From positions 32,001 through 96,000 of IMG/VR virus record IMGVR_UViG_3300035703_000034: DNA of 64,000 nucleotides; one strand, written 5' to 3'. This document shows positions 1 to 9,193 of this stretch, piece after piece. Source of the stretch: a virus. Within the stretch, counting starts at the first letter, position 1, and each line of letters begins with the position of its first letter. Both the position numbers and the translations under genes were made by a program. The notes below the pieces were generated by a model, which saw only the letters and a list, made by a program, of their open reading frames with translations, did not search any database and was not told the origin of the DNA.

Positions 1-144
1 TCCAACCTGGCCTTCCGCTTCGTCACCTCGACCTTCAAGGAGAACGCGGCGACGGGCGCCACCGCCACCATCGCCAACTCGTTCAACCCGCTCGGCCCCT
101 ACGTGACCGGCAGCATCGGGCGCGGCACGGGCGGCCGGTACTAG
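1..144 (+). CDS. 3' end of a hypothetical protein (partial)
   Basis: Open frame 1 with GC3-rich codons ending TAG at 142-144, just before the next gene. Confidence 0.5.
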   Translation, partial: SNLAFRFVTSTFKENAATGATATIANSFNPLGPYVTGSIGRGTGGRY

Positions 145-154
145 AGGTTCGCCC

Positions 155-886
155 GTGTCCGAGTTCATGCCCCCCGAAGACGATCTCGCCGTCGGCGGCC
201 TGCCGAACGAGGCGCAGCAGGGCAGCCTCGCCCGCACCGTCGAGCGCCTGCAGGCGCTCATCAGCCTACACTACGAGTACCTGCCGGTGTTCTTCCAGAG
301 CACGCTGCTCAGCCTCGTGCAGGACCACTTCGCCCACGACCCCGACTACCGCTACGATCGCCACCAGCCGCTCAACAACACCGTCCTCATCACCCGCGAG
401 TGGAGCCGTTCAACGCTCGGTCAACGCGACAACCGACCGATTGTCTCCGTCGGCTTCCTCGGCTCGCAGGCCAGCCACATGGCGCTGCGCGACACCATGA
501 GCGAGACCGTGCCGAACGCCTTCAAGCCGACCCGCACAGCCAGCATCGAGGAGGTCAGCACCTTCCAGATCGCCGTCATCGACCACAACGCCGTGCGCGC
601 GACGGTGCTCGCGCAGCGGCTGCGGGCGCGCCTGGTGGCGACCCGCCTGCAGCTGCAGCGGCTCTACAAGCTGCAGGACTTGGGGATGCCCACGCTGAAC
701 GGCCCACAGAACGTCGAGGAGTTCGACGACCTGTTCCAGGTCACGATGGCGCTGCAGATCATGAGCCTGCCGCGCTGGACCGAGACGCAGGACCACGACT
801 ACCTGCGCCGCATCGCCGTGCTGACGCACCTGAACGCGACGGACCTGTTCTCGGAGATGCTGCTGCCGGATGCCCCGAAGCCGTAA
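155..886 (+). CDS. Probable virion protein (tail completion/terminator-like)
   Basis: 243-aa ORF with good codon bias in the structural region; function inferred from context only. Confidence 0.45.
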   Translation: MSEFMPPEDDLAVGGLPNEAQQGSLARTVERLQALISLHYEYLPVFFQSTLLSLVQDHFAHDPDYRYDRHQPLNNTVLITREWSRSTLGQRDNRPIVSVGFLGSQASHMALRDTMSETVPNAFKPTRTASIEEVSTFQIAVIDHNAVRATVLAQRLRARLVATRLQLQRLYKLQDLGMPTLNGPQNVEEFDDLFQVTMALQIMSLPRWTETQDHDYLRRIAVLTHLNATDLFSEMLLPDAPKP

Positions 887-1127
887 GCCGCGCGCCGTCA
901 GCCGCTCCTACGCCCGCAAGGACGGCCTCTGCCGCCTGTGCGAGCAGCCGTTCTCCACCGTGCGCGCCGGCGGCCGGACATGCGGGGCCTGCCAGCGCCG
1001 CGCCGAGGCCGACGCCCGCCTGCCGTGGCTGCTGACGCACACGCCCCCTTTGCCCGCGGGACCCCTCACGCTGCCGGACCGCTGGCTGCGGCGGCTCACA
1101 GACCCGACGGACGATAGAAGATCGTGA
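870..1127 (+). CDS. Small Cys4 zinc-finger protein
   Basis: CRLC...CGAC motif; overlaps the upstream stop. Confidence 0.4.
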   Translation: MPRSRKPRAVSRSYARKDGLCRLCEQPFSTVRAGGRTCGACQRRAEADARLPWLLTHTPPLPAGPLTLPDRWLRRLTDPTDDRRS

Positions 1128-1884
1128 CCTGCTCGCCGACGATCGGCTTGTAAGGCGCGAAGATCTCGAAGGTGCGGTTGCCGAGGTAGTCCCACGCGCC
1201 GTCCGGCAGCTCGAACGAGCCGCTGATGAACAGCCGCGGGGCCGTCGACGTGTCGACGTCCTGGCTCACGGTGAAGGTGCCGTTGCCGTCCGTGCCGTCC
1301 GAGCCGTCCACCACGCCCGTCGCCACCTCGGCCTGCATCAGCTGCAGCCCGGGGTTGATCTCCGTGATGGTCGAGCCGTCGTCCGACCCGAGCTGGAACT
1401 CGATCACCTTGATGCGCTCGCCGCCCTCGCGCGGCACCGCGAACTCGATCTCCGTGTCGGAGAGCTCCGTGAAGTTGTCGATCAGCACCCCGCCCGACCA
1501 CACCATCAAGGTGCTGCGGCCCATCACGTAGGGCTCCGGCAGCTCGAAGATGGTCTGGCCCGCCTCCGCGATCAGCACGGGGTGGTTCTTGATGCGCGGC
1601 GTCAACCGGTCGAGCGCCGCGAGGTCGGCCTTGAGCTGCAGGTACCCTTCCTGCCCGGTGTTGCCGCCGCCCGTGACGTTCAGGTCGCCGATCACCGTCA
1701 GGCCGCCGACGATCTGGAAGTTCTCGCCGACCTCGAGCACGCCCTGGTCGTTCAGGCGCACCAGCTTGCCGGCGGCACCCGACTGACCGGCCTCGCCGGG
1801 GTCGGCGACCTTCACGCCGTGGACCTCGGTCGTCGAGCCCATCCGGCGCTGGATGTGGTTGAGCAGGCGCGTCAGCAGCGACAT
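1096..1884 (-). CDS. Virion structural protein with small beta-sandwich repeats (tail/fibre-associated)
   Basis: Two repeats of the GQTIFEL...LMVW.GGV...EIEF..P..GE.I type, common in phage tail proteins. Confidence 0.55.
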   Translation of the reverse strand: MSLLTRLLNHIQRRMGSTTEVHGVKVADPGEAGQSGAAGKLVRLNDQGVLEVGENFQIVGGLTVIGDLNVTGGGNTGQEGYLQLKADLAALDRLTPRIKNHPVLIAEAGQTIFELPEPYVMGRSTLMVWSGGVLIDNFTELSDTEIEFAVPREGGERIKVIEFQLGSDDGSTITEINPGLQLMQAEVATGVVDGSDGTDGNGTFTVSQDVDTSTAPRLFISGSFELPDGAWDYLGNRTFEIFAPYKPIVGEQVTIFYRPSGL

Positions 1885-2351
1885 CAGAGCACCACCGTCC
1901 GGGTCACGGCGACCAGCGCGTCGCTCTCGTCATCCGCGTAGGCGTAGGTCTCCGTCGCCGTGCCCGCGTTGGTCTGCACCGCCTTGCTCGCGATGCGGTT
2001 GACGGCGTCGTAGGCGAACGTCGTGATGCTCACCGGCGTGCCGTCCACGAAGTCCGTGATCGTCGCGACGTTGCCCGCGCCGTTGTAGTCCCACTCGCTG
2101 CTGCGCGTGTCGATGCGCAGCGGGACGCCCCGGAACAAGACGGCCGCGTCGTCCGCGGCGCCCGCCACCAGGCGACCGTTCACGCGCAGCTCGCGCACCT
2201 GCACGTGCTCGTCGGCGTACAGGATCTCGCCCGCCTCGGGCAGCGTGCCGCCCTCGCGCTCCGCCAGGACGAGGCTGCGCAGGTCGAGCAACCTGAAGCC
2301 TTGCAGCGAGAGGTCCTCGTCGATAATCAGTTGCCGCGTGCGGATGGGCAT
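1884..2351 (-). CDS. Hypothetical virion protein with YD-like C-terminal beta repeats
   Basis: WDYNGAGN / FAYDAVNR / YAYADD motifs; coupled to the downstream gene. Confidence 0.5.
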   Translation of the reverse strand: MPIRTRQLIIDEDLSLQGFRLLDLRSLVLAEREGGTLPEAGEILYADEHVQVRELRVNGRLVAGAADDAAVLFRGVPLRIDTRSSEWDYNGAGNVATITDFVDGTPVSITTFAYDAVNRIASKAVQTNAGTATETYAYADDESDALVAVTRTVVL

Positions 2352-2415
2352 CGCTTGTCCTCGCCAGGGATCCTGTTAGGATCATACGCCGGTCGGCCCA
2401 GTTAGCCCCACGCAC

Positions 2416-2886
2416 TCATTCCATGGTCACGCGCTGCAGCACGACGGCCCGCTTCAGGTAGCCCCCCGGCGCCACCGTCACGATCAGCTGCAAGTTGTCC
2501 GTGATGAGCGGCAGCTGGTGGGGCCCGAACTCGGCCGGGGCCTTGTCCGGGTACGTCTTGCGCAGCTTCCAGCTAACGCCCTCGCCCTCGAGCAGCACGC
2601 CTTCGACGCGCAGCGCCCACGGGTACTCGCAAACCGCGAACGAGGCCGTGCCGCTCAGCGTGCCCGGGGGCGCGTGAGGCGCGACCACCAAACGGTCGTC
2701 CGCGAGCTCGAGGTGGTCGAGCGCCGCGACGTCCTCGCCGAGGCCGAACAGCTCGAAGCGCTGGTCCGACAGCACGTCGATGAGCGCGAGCGTCGTCTTG
2801 AAGTTCTCCTTGGTCAGCCGCATGGCGTGCTCGGCGTGCACGAGGGCGTTGCGCATGTTCAGCTGGAACGCGCGAAAAAACGACAT
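2416..2886 (-). CDS. Hypothetical protein
   Basis: 156-aa ORF with AGGAG SD. Confidence 0.6.
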   Translation of the reverse strand: MSFFRAFQLNMRNALVHAEHAMRLTKENFKTTLALIDVLSDQRFELFGLGEDVAALDHLELADDRLVVAPHAPPGTLSGTASFAVCEYPWALRVEGVLLEGEGVSWKLRKTYPDKAPAEFGPHQLPLITDNLQLIVTVAPGGYLKRAVVLQRVTME

Positions 2887-2895
2887 GGCGATCTC

Positions 2896-3546
2896 CTACT
2901 GGTTGAAACTGAACCGGGGTGGCTCGGGCGGCTCCGGCGGCCGCGGCCCCTGCGCCGGCCGGGGCGCCTGGGGCGGACGCGGGGCCTGGGGCGGCCGGGG
3001 CGCGGGCGGCTGCGCCGGACCCCTGATGGAATCCACCAAACCCTTGCCCATCTCGATGGGGAGCATGGCGGTGCCACCCCACATCAAGGCGCGCTGCGCC
3101 GTGATCTTGCGGCCCGCGCGGGTGTCGAACGCGCCCGACCCTGCCACCCCGCCGCGATCGCCCAGCATCGGCACGCCGCTCAGCTTGCGGCCGTCGTAGG
3201 TCCCGATGGACGGCCCCTTGTTGAGGAAGTCCCGGAACCACACGTCGGCCTTTGAGCCCAGCCGGCGCAGGCCGCCGCTCTCGGCCATGTACTCGCCCGA
3301 GCCGCCCCACTGCTTGAGCTTGCCGCCGGCCGTCTGCAGCCCCTTGATCTTGAAGAAGTTGCCGACGCCGGAGGCCGCGCGCCCGGCGCCGTGCAACGCG
3401 TGCCCGGCCATCCCGATCAGCGCCGGCAGCCCGGCGGCCGTCGACACGCCGGAAGCGAGGCCCGCGAGGGCGCCGAGCACGGCCGCCTTCTCCATGTCGT
3501 TCTCGCAGGCCTGCAGCTGCATGTAGACTCGGTACGCACCCGGCAC
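2896..3546 (-). CDS. Glycine-zipper protein with KxA leader (putative internal head protein)
   Basis: Leader ending EKAA followed by VLGALAGLASG; Pro-rich tail; GAGG SD. Confidence 0.6.
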   Translation of the reverse strand: MPGAYRVYMQLQACENDMEKAAVLGALAGLASGVSTAAGLPALIGMAGHALHGAGRAASGVGNFFKIKGLQTAGGKLKQWGGSGEYMAESGGLRRLGSKADVWFRDFLNKGPSIGTYDGRKLSGVPMLGDRGGVAGSGAFDTRAGRKITAQRALMWGGTAMLPIEMGKGLVDSIRGPAQPPAPRPPQAPRPPQAPRPAQGPRPPEPPEPPRFSFNQ

Positions 3547-3555
3547 AGGGCCTCC

Positions 3556-4635
3556 TCAGACGTGGTGGAAGCGCGTCATCTTCCAGAGCCGCTGCCAGAG
3601 CAGCACCGTCAAGCGATCGTTGAGCTCGAAGCGATCGGCGTGACCGCCGCGCAGCCACACCGCCGGCAACGCACCGAGCGAATTATATGCCCAGTCGACG
3701 AGATCACACCCGCCGCGCTGCTGGAGCCACCAGCCGGCAAACGCCTCCGGCAGCGCCGGCAGCGGCACCGGCGCCCCGTCGCGGGGGTGAACGACGAGCT
3801 GCTGCGCGTGCCGCACCTCGGCCACGGCCTCGGCGAGCGCGGCGTCGAGCTGTCCGATAAACGCCCCCTGCTCGTCCCAGCCCTCCGGCACGGGCACCAG
3901 CCAGCTGCGCAGCGGCACGCCGAGCTCCTTCTCCAGCCACTGCAGCAGGGCCACCTGCTCGAGCGGCGGCAGCACCGACAGCAGGCTGCGCACCTCGCTG
4001 GCGATCGCCTCGCGGGAGCGGGTGCTCTTGAGCAGCGCCACGATGCGCTTGGCGATGTCCGCCTGGACCCGCTCGTCCGGCGCGACGACGTGGAAGCCCT
4101 CCGCCACCAGCTGCGCCATGTGCACGAGCCACGTCACGTCGTCGCTCGCCAGGCGCACCTGCCGCGTGCTGAAGGTCAGGCGCCGCAGCGTCTCGGGGCA
4201 CAGCTGCAGGCAGGCGACCGCCGCCGGGTCGGTGCAGACGCGCCACTCGTCGTCCGTGAGCACGACAAACGGTCGCTTGACGTCGAGCCGGTGGCCGCCG
4301 AACAGCCCCGTGCGGTGATCGCGATCCCGCCCGCGGCCGTACACGTACGCGCGCCCCGGCCCGAGGTGCGTGTCGCTCTCGAGCTCCCGGACCGTCGCGA
4401 AGCCGGGGACATGGCGGCTCGTGTAGGGGAACACCAGCCCGCTCGTGTCCGGCAGGCGCGCGAAGAAGCGCGCCGAGCATGCGCGCTCAAACGTGCCCTT
4501 GCTCGGGTAGAAGCCCAGCCCCAGCTGCGCGCGATCGGGCACGGTGACGAGCTGGTCGAGCGCGAGGGCGAGCGCCTCGTCGCGCGCCGCCTCGAGCCAG
4601 GGGCCGAGGTCCTTGACCTTGGGGTCAGCCGGCAT
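3556..4635 (-). CDS. Hypothetical protein, possibly a degenerate DnaG/TOPRIM-like fold
   Basis: LGFYP, LVFPY, GLFG, FVVLTDD segments loosely recall the primase core; weak. Confidence 0.35.
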   Translation of the reverse strand: MPADPKVKDLGPWLEAARDEALALALDQLVTVPDRAQLGLGFYPSKGTFERACSARFFARLPDTSGLVFPYTSRHVPGFATVRELESDTHLGPGRAYVYGRGRDRDHRTGLFGGHRLDVKRPFVVLTDDEWRVCTDPAAVACLQLCPETLRRLTFSTRQVRLASDDVTWLVHMAQLVAEGFHVVAPDERVQADIAKRIVALLKSTRSREAIASEVRSLLSVLPPLEQVALLQWLEKELGVPLRSWLVPVPEGWDEQGAFIGQLDAALAEAVAEVRHAQQLVVHPRDGAPVPLPALPEAFAGWWLQQRGGCDLVDWAYNSLGALPAVWLRGGHADRFELNDRLTVLLWQRLWKMTRFHHV

Positions 4636-5302
4636 GGAACTGGTGCAGCGTCAGCTTCGGGTCGATCGGCGGGGCCTGGTGCAGCGCCTGGCGCCGGGCC
4701 TCCATCAGGTAGTGGGCGCGGTGCGCGCCCTCCGCGAGCTGCCCGAGGCTCGCGCCGGCCGTCATGGCGTAGACGGGCGTGTGCGGACCGAAGCGCTGGC
4801 GCATCGCGATGCCGAGCGCCGCCCCGGCCAGCGCCCCGCCCCAGGTGCCGGGGTGGACCGTGACGAGGAACGGGTTCTCGTTGACGTAGCGGCGCTCCAG
4901 CGCGTGGTCCGCGAAGGCGCCCGACACCGGCGGCGTGACGGCGATGAACTCGAGCGGGACGTTGCTGGCCTGCTTCTGCTGCCCGATCAGGTGGTAGTAG
5001 CGGTGCAGGCCCTCGAGCCCCATGCCCGTCGCCAGGCCCACGCCCATGCCCACCAGCGGGTGGCCGCCCGCCAGCTGGCCGAGGCCGGCGCCTACCAGCC
5101 CGCCGCCGTACGCGACCGGGTGCAGCATGCTCATCACCGGGTGCTTGGTCTGGTAGTCGGCCTCGAGCCGATCGTCGTGAAACCGCTCGCCCGGCATGTG
5201 CCAGTCCGTGATCCAGGCCGCCTCCGGCATGGCGCTGGCGAGCTTTGAAAGCGCCGGGTGGATAATCGAAGTGGAAGGTCCAGGACGCATGGCAGGCATC
5301 AT
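4625..5302 (-). CDS. Glycine-zipper protein with KxA motifs
   Basis: KLAS and KQAS each precede a unit containing HP...GGxLxGAxLG. Confidence 0.6.
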   Translation of the reverse strand: MMPAMRPGPSTSIIHPALSKLASAMPEAAWITDWHMPGERFHDDRLEADYQTKHPVMSMLHPVAYGGGLVGAGLGQLAGGHPLVGMGVGLATGMGLEGLHRYYHLIGQQKQASNVPLEFIAVTPPVSGAFADHALERRYVNENPFLVTVHPGTWGGALAGAALGIAMRQRFGPHTPVYAMTAGASLGQLAEGAHRAHYLMEARRQALHQAPPIDPKLTLHQFHAG

Positions 5303-5690
5303 TTCTTTGGAAACCTCGGTCTCGCTGGCGGCCGGCTACGGCCGCATGACGGCGTCGGTGCGGGACGCGGACGACGTGCTGCTCGCCGAGCAGCATGGCC
5401 CCACCTCGACCAACCCACTCTTATCATCCCTCGAAGCCGCCGTTTGGGGCCTGCAGCTCGTGGCCCGCCGCGGCGACACGGAGGTCGTCCACTGGGTCGA
5501 CAGCCAGGCGCTTGCCGATCGCCTGTCGCGCGCGCCGCGGCCGGGCGATCAGGGCGGCGAGCTGGTGAACGCTTACCGATCGCTGGCCGGTCGGATCGGG
5601 CGCGTGCGCGTGCTGAAGCGCCCGCATGCGGGGTTGCAGGATTTTGTCGCCCGCAAGGCCGCCGAGTCGGTCGACGGGGTGGTTGGCTAG
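5289..5690 (+). CDS. RNase HI-like fold protein, catalytic site degenerate
   Basis: STN...LEAAVWGLQLVARRGDTEVVHWVDSQALAD matches the RNase HI TNNxAEyxAl..GL...v.v..DSqlv pattern; the N-terminal DG motif is absent. Confidence 0.55.
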   Translation: MAGIISLETSVSLAAGYGRMTASVRDADDVLLAEQHGPTSTNPLLSSLEAAVWGLQLVARRGDTEVVHWVDSQALADRLSRAPRPGDQGGELVNAYRSLAGRIGRVRVLKRPHAGLQDFVARKAAESVDGVVG

Positions 5691-5701
5691 AAAGGAAGCC
5701 C

Positions 5702-5830
5702 ATGCAGAAAACCGGTGTGCTCCAGTGCCCCCAGTGCCACAGCCGGGAGGTCATCCTCACGGAAGAGGAACGTGGCGAACAGGTCGTGGTCTGCGCCGAC
5801 TGCGACCACGAGTGGGTGCTGCCCGTCTAG
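5702..5830 (+). CDS. 42-aa zinc-ribbon protein (TFIIB-ribbon-like)
   Basis: MQKTGVLQCPQCHSREVILTEEERGEQVVVCADCDHEWVLPV; AAGGAAG SD. Confidence 0.65.
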   Translation: MQKTGVLQCPQCHSREVILTEEERGEQVVVCADCDHEWVLPV

Positions 5831-7395
5831 TAGCGCATCCCGCCCGTCTGCGCGAGGTGCAGCAGCATGTTGGCGTAGACGCATGTGTGCATGAAGTCGT
5901 CGGGGCTGTCCTCGGGGTGGTCGTACTTGAACTTGTCGTTGTTGTTGCGGTCGTCCAGGCGCTCCTCGAAGATGCACAGGATGTCCGAGGCGTAGTGGCG
6001 GAACTGGTTCCACTCCGGGAACCAGAACTGCTTCCTGCGCATCTTCACGAACGTCTCCGTCATCGCCTGCGTGCGGTTCGTCTTGTAGATCTGGGCCTTG
6101 TCGTCCCAGCGCACCATCTCGTGCTGCTCGCTCACGTACATGAACCGCTGGACCGGCCGCCGCAGCTTCTGCTCGAGCAGCCGGCTCTGCGCCACGCCCG
6201 CGCCCCAGTCGGCCCCCACCATGTCGACGGTGAACATCGTGCAGTACGACGCGATCTCGTCGACCTGCTTGAGCACGTCCGGCTCCAGGAACCGCTTGGC
6301 GAAGATGAGCCGCAGCCGGTTATCGACCGTCAAGCCGAAGATCGAGAGCACGGTGTAGCTGCGGCGGGCCGTCAGCCCCCAGTCGATGCCCGCCATCAGG
6401 AAGTGGTACTGCATGTCGTCGGGGATGAGCTGCTCCATCAGCTGGTAGCCGGGGTCGCAGCAGGCCTTGAGGTCGTCCTCCGAGAGCAACGTGACGCCGG
6501 AGCCCGCCGACACGCCCATCACCTCGTTCAGGAACGTGTTCGGGTCGCTGCCGCCGTGGTACTTGCGCAGGATCTCCTGCCACTTGCCCGCGTCCTCCGT
6601 GTGCATCGGCAGCACGATTTGCGGGATGCGGAAGCCCGACCAGGCCTTGTCCGCGTGCCCGGCCGTCGCGTACCAGCGCCCCTGCCGGACGTCGCACACG
6701 GCCTTGCACGACTTGCACGTGAAGCCCCGATCGCCGATGTTGTCGGTGGACGGCAGGTTCCAGTGGCCGCTCGGGCACGGCACCACCCACTCGCACATCG
6801 TGCTCTTGCGCCAGGTCTCCTCCAGCGTGTTGCCGACCGTCTTGGCCGTGCCCGTGCGCATGACGAACTGCTTGGCGGAGGGCTGACCCGACATGACCTC
6901 CTCGATGATCGCCAGCTCATCGCCGACCATGTCCTGAATTTCGTCCTCGAAGACCCGGTTGGCGGACAGGCCGCGCAGGCTCTCCAGCTGCGAGGTCGCG
7001 CCGAAGTACATCACCGAGCCGTTGATAAACGATCGCTCACCGGTGTTGCGGCGGCAGTGGCTGTCGACGAACCAGCGCCGGATCTCCGGGCTGTCGTTGA
7101 TGAAGCTCGCCACACGCTGGTTGCTGAAGCGGCGCGACTGGATCAAAGACGGGTGGACCGTCAGGCTCTCCCAGTACGGCTCTCCGATGCCCTCGGAAAC
7201 CCCGAAAGCCGCAACAGCGGTCGATTTCGCGACTTGTCGGCCCGACAACACGACGATCTTGCGGCTGTCGATCTCGTAGATCGTCTGCCACGGTGGGTAG
7301 CTGTCGAGCGAGAAGGGTTTGCCCCGCAGCTGGAGCGTCCGCTCCGCGATGGTGCGTCGGTCCGTCTCGATGTGAATTTTCGATCCGGTTTCCAT
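5827..7395 (-). CDS. terL: Terminase large subunit
   Basis: Walker A region VVLSGRQVAKST, Walker B VFEDEIQD, TGT coupling motif, Zn finger, nuclease GIDWG and C-terminal PDDFMH. Confidence 0.9.
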   Translation of the reverse strand: METGSKIHIETDRRTIAERTLQLRGKPFSLDSYPPWQTIYEIDSRKIVVLSGRQVAKSTAVAAFGVSEGIGEPYWESLTVHPSLIQSRRFSNQRVASFINDSPEIRRWFVDSHCRRNTGERSFINGSVMYFGATSQLESLRGLSANRVFEDEIQDMVGDELAIIEEVMSGQPSAKQFVMRTGTAKTVGNTLEETWRKSTMCEWVVPCPSGHWNLPSTDNIGDRGFTCKSCKAVCDVRQGRWYATAGHADKAWSGFRIPQIVLPMHTEDAGKWQEILRKYHGGSDPNTFLNEVMGVSAGSGVTLLSEDDLKACCDPGYQLMEQLIPDDMQYHFLMAGIDWGLTARRSYTVLSIFGLTVDNRLRLIFAKRFLEPDVLKQVDEIASYCTMFTVDMVGADWGAGVAQSRLLEQKLRRPVQRFMYVSEQHEMVRWDDKAQIYKTNRTQAMTETFVKMRRKQFWFPEWNQFRHYASDILCIFEERLDDRNNNDKFKYDHPEDSPDDFMHTCVYANMLLHLAQTGGMRY

Positions 7396-7462
7396 TCATG
7401 TACCTGCTGGTGATAGTGTAGCACTAGAGCTTTTGCAGAGCGCTTTCACAAAGGAGTCGTCC

Positions 7463-7840
7463 ATGGCCACCGGCTACGTGCTGCCTCAACGCGTCTACGG
7501 CAACGATCTGCCCATCGAGCTGACCCTGAAGGGCATGCTCTACAAGGGCGAGCTGATCCCCTACACCGCCATCAAGCACATCAAAGGCAGCGACTACGAG
7601 CTGACCTTCAGCTTCCACGAGCAAGACGGCGAGACGCGCCCGGACATCGTGGTCGAGGTCGAGGACCAGTCCTCGCACCAGCTGTTCAACATCCCGACGT
7701 TCATCTCGAAGCACCTGCGCCAGACGGGCCTGGCGGTGTACGACGAGTCGAACCCCCAGACGCGCGGGGACGTGATCCTCAACGCACCCACCTACGACTT
7801 CTCGCGCATCCGGAACGGCGACACCGCCTTCCGCTCGTAG
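7463..7840 (+). CDS. Hypothetical protein
   Basis: AAGGAG SD before ATG 7463; TGATAGT motif upstream. Confidence 0.6.
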   Translation: MATGYVLPQRVYGNDLPIELTLKGMLYKGELIPYTAIKHIKGSDYELTFSFHEQDGETRPDIVVEVEDQSSHQLFNIPTFISKHLRQTGLAVYDESNPQTRGDVILNAPTYDFSRIRNGDTAFRS

Positions 7841-7853
7841 ACGCGCGGGGCGG

Positions 7854-7875
7854 TTTTGGCCGCGCGGTTGATAAT
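7854..7875 (+). promoter_or_regulatory. Putative late promoter (TTTT-N11-TGATAAT)
   Basis: Recurrent motif in AT-rich intergenic gaps upstream of virion genes. Confidence 0.6.
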
Positions 7876-7906
7876 TCGGATGCCCCCCGCCTAGCAGGAG
7901 CATTCC

Positions 7907-8683
7907 ATGGATCGCAAACCGCAGCTGATGGCCGAGGCCGCCCAGCTCGTCGAGCGGCACCGCGCCGACGGCGGCAACCTGAACGAGCTGATCGCCAAGC
8001 ACGCCAACGACCAGGGCTACAGCGAGCAGCTCTGCAGCAGCCTCGTGTGGTGCGTCAACCGCCAGAGCTTCAAGCAAGCCATGGCGCTCGACCAGCACGA
8101 CGAGCCGTCGATTGCCGACCCCGTCGCCGTCAAGCGCGCCCGCACGCGACCGGTCGCCGCCAGCGCCGAGCCTGTCAAGCAGGCGTCTACCGCCTGGTTG
8201 CCGACCGTCAAGCGCGCCAACAGCCGGATGCAGGGCGGCATGGTCCACACCCGCGCCGAGGGCCCCGATCACGGGCCGGCGCTGCGCGCGCACCTGGACC
8301 GTGAAAAGCGGGCGGCGGACACGGGGCTCAAGCTCGCGAGCGCCCGGACGCGCATCACGCTCGAGGACATGCACCACCAGACCCGGCTCATCAAGCAAAT
8401 TGGGCTCGACAAGCAGGCGAGCTTTCAGCAGCAGCTCGCCGCGTGCGAGCCGCCGGTGCGCGCGCTGCTCGGTGCGCTGCTGGAGAAGTCCGCGTACCAG
8501 CCGACGCTGCACACCCGCCAGGACCTCACTTTGCTGGTGCCGGCGGCGCTCAACGACTTCGACCGGTTGAAGCAGGCGGCAGACAGCATCGTGCGCGTCG
8601 GCGACGCGGCGGCCGCGCTCGAGGAGCTCAAGGTCACCCTGGCCCAGGATCGCGAGGCGGTCTCGGGCGTTGTGAGGTTCTAA
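7907..8683 (+). CDS. Head-associated protein rich in KxA motifs
   Basis: KQAM, KQAS, KRAN, KRAA, KLAS, KQAS, KSAY, KQAA. Confidence 0.6.
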   Translation: MDRKPQLMAEAAQLVERHRADGGNLNELIAKHANDQGYSEQLCSSLVWCVNRQSFKQAMALDQHDEPSIADPVAVKRARTRPVAASAEPVKQASTAWLPTVKRANSRMQGGMVHTRAEGPDHGPALRAHLDREKRAADTGLKLASARTRITLEDMHHQTRLIKQIGLDKQASFQQQLAACEPPVRALLGALLEKSAYQPTLHTRQDLTLLVPAALNDFDRLKQAADSIVRVGDAAAALEELKVTLAQDREAVSGVVRF

Positions 8684-8685
8684 CC

Positions 8686-9111
8686 ATGCCTTTGCTGGAT
8701 TCGAACGCCAGACACTTCGTCCCGCAGACCGGCGTGAACCTGCTCAAGCCGATGCTGGCGGTCGGCGCGGCGGGCCTCGCAATCAGCGCCGGCGGCCAGC
8801 TCTGGAGCAACCTGCAGGTGCAGCGATCGTTCCAGACGATGCTGCAGCGCTACCCCGAGCTCCAGCGCGAGAACCCGACGCGGGTCAAGCAGCTCTTCGA
8901 GACCATCAGCAACGCGGCGCCCGACGTCGCGAAGGACCCGATGGTGGCGGGCTCGCTCATCAAGCGGATGCTGAACTACGACGGGATCGACCACGCGACC
9001 TACATGGAGCTGGTGTCGACTCAGGAGAAGATGACCAAGACGCGCCTGGCCCAGGTGACGCCGTTCACGTCGCTTGCTGGCCCGACCGTCGAGTTTGCAC
9101 GTCACTGGTAA
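8686..9111 (+). CDS. Hypothetical head-associated protein with a hydrophobic helix
   Basis: ATG 8686 directly after the upstream stop; LAVGAAGLAISAGG helix. Confidence 0.6.
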   Translation: MPLLDSNARHFVPQTGVNLLKPMLAVGAAGLAISAGGQLWSNLQVQRSFQTMLQRYPELQRENPTRVKQLFETISNAAPDVAKDPMVAGSLIKRMLNYDGIDHATYMELVSTQEKMTKTRLAQVTPFTSLAGPTVEFARHW

Positions 9112-9128
9112 GGTTTCCGATCAGCGGC

Positions 9129-9150
9129 TTTTTCCAAAAGTGCTGATAAT
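9129..9150 (+). promoter_or_regulatory. Putative late promoter (TTTTT-N10-TGATAAT)
   Basis: Motif copy upstream of the 9194 gene. Confidence 0.65.
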
Positions 9151-9193
9151 TCCACCGACTCATTGGACCCCCGATCAGGAGGAAGAAGACAAC

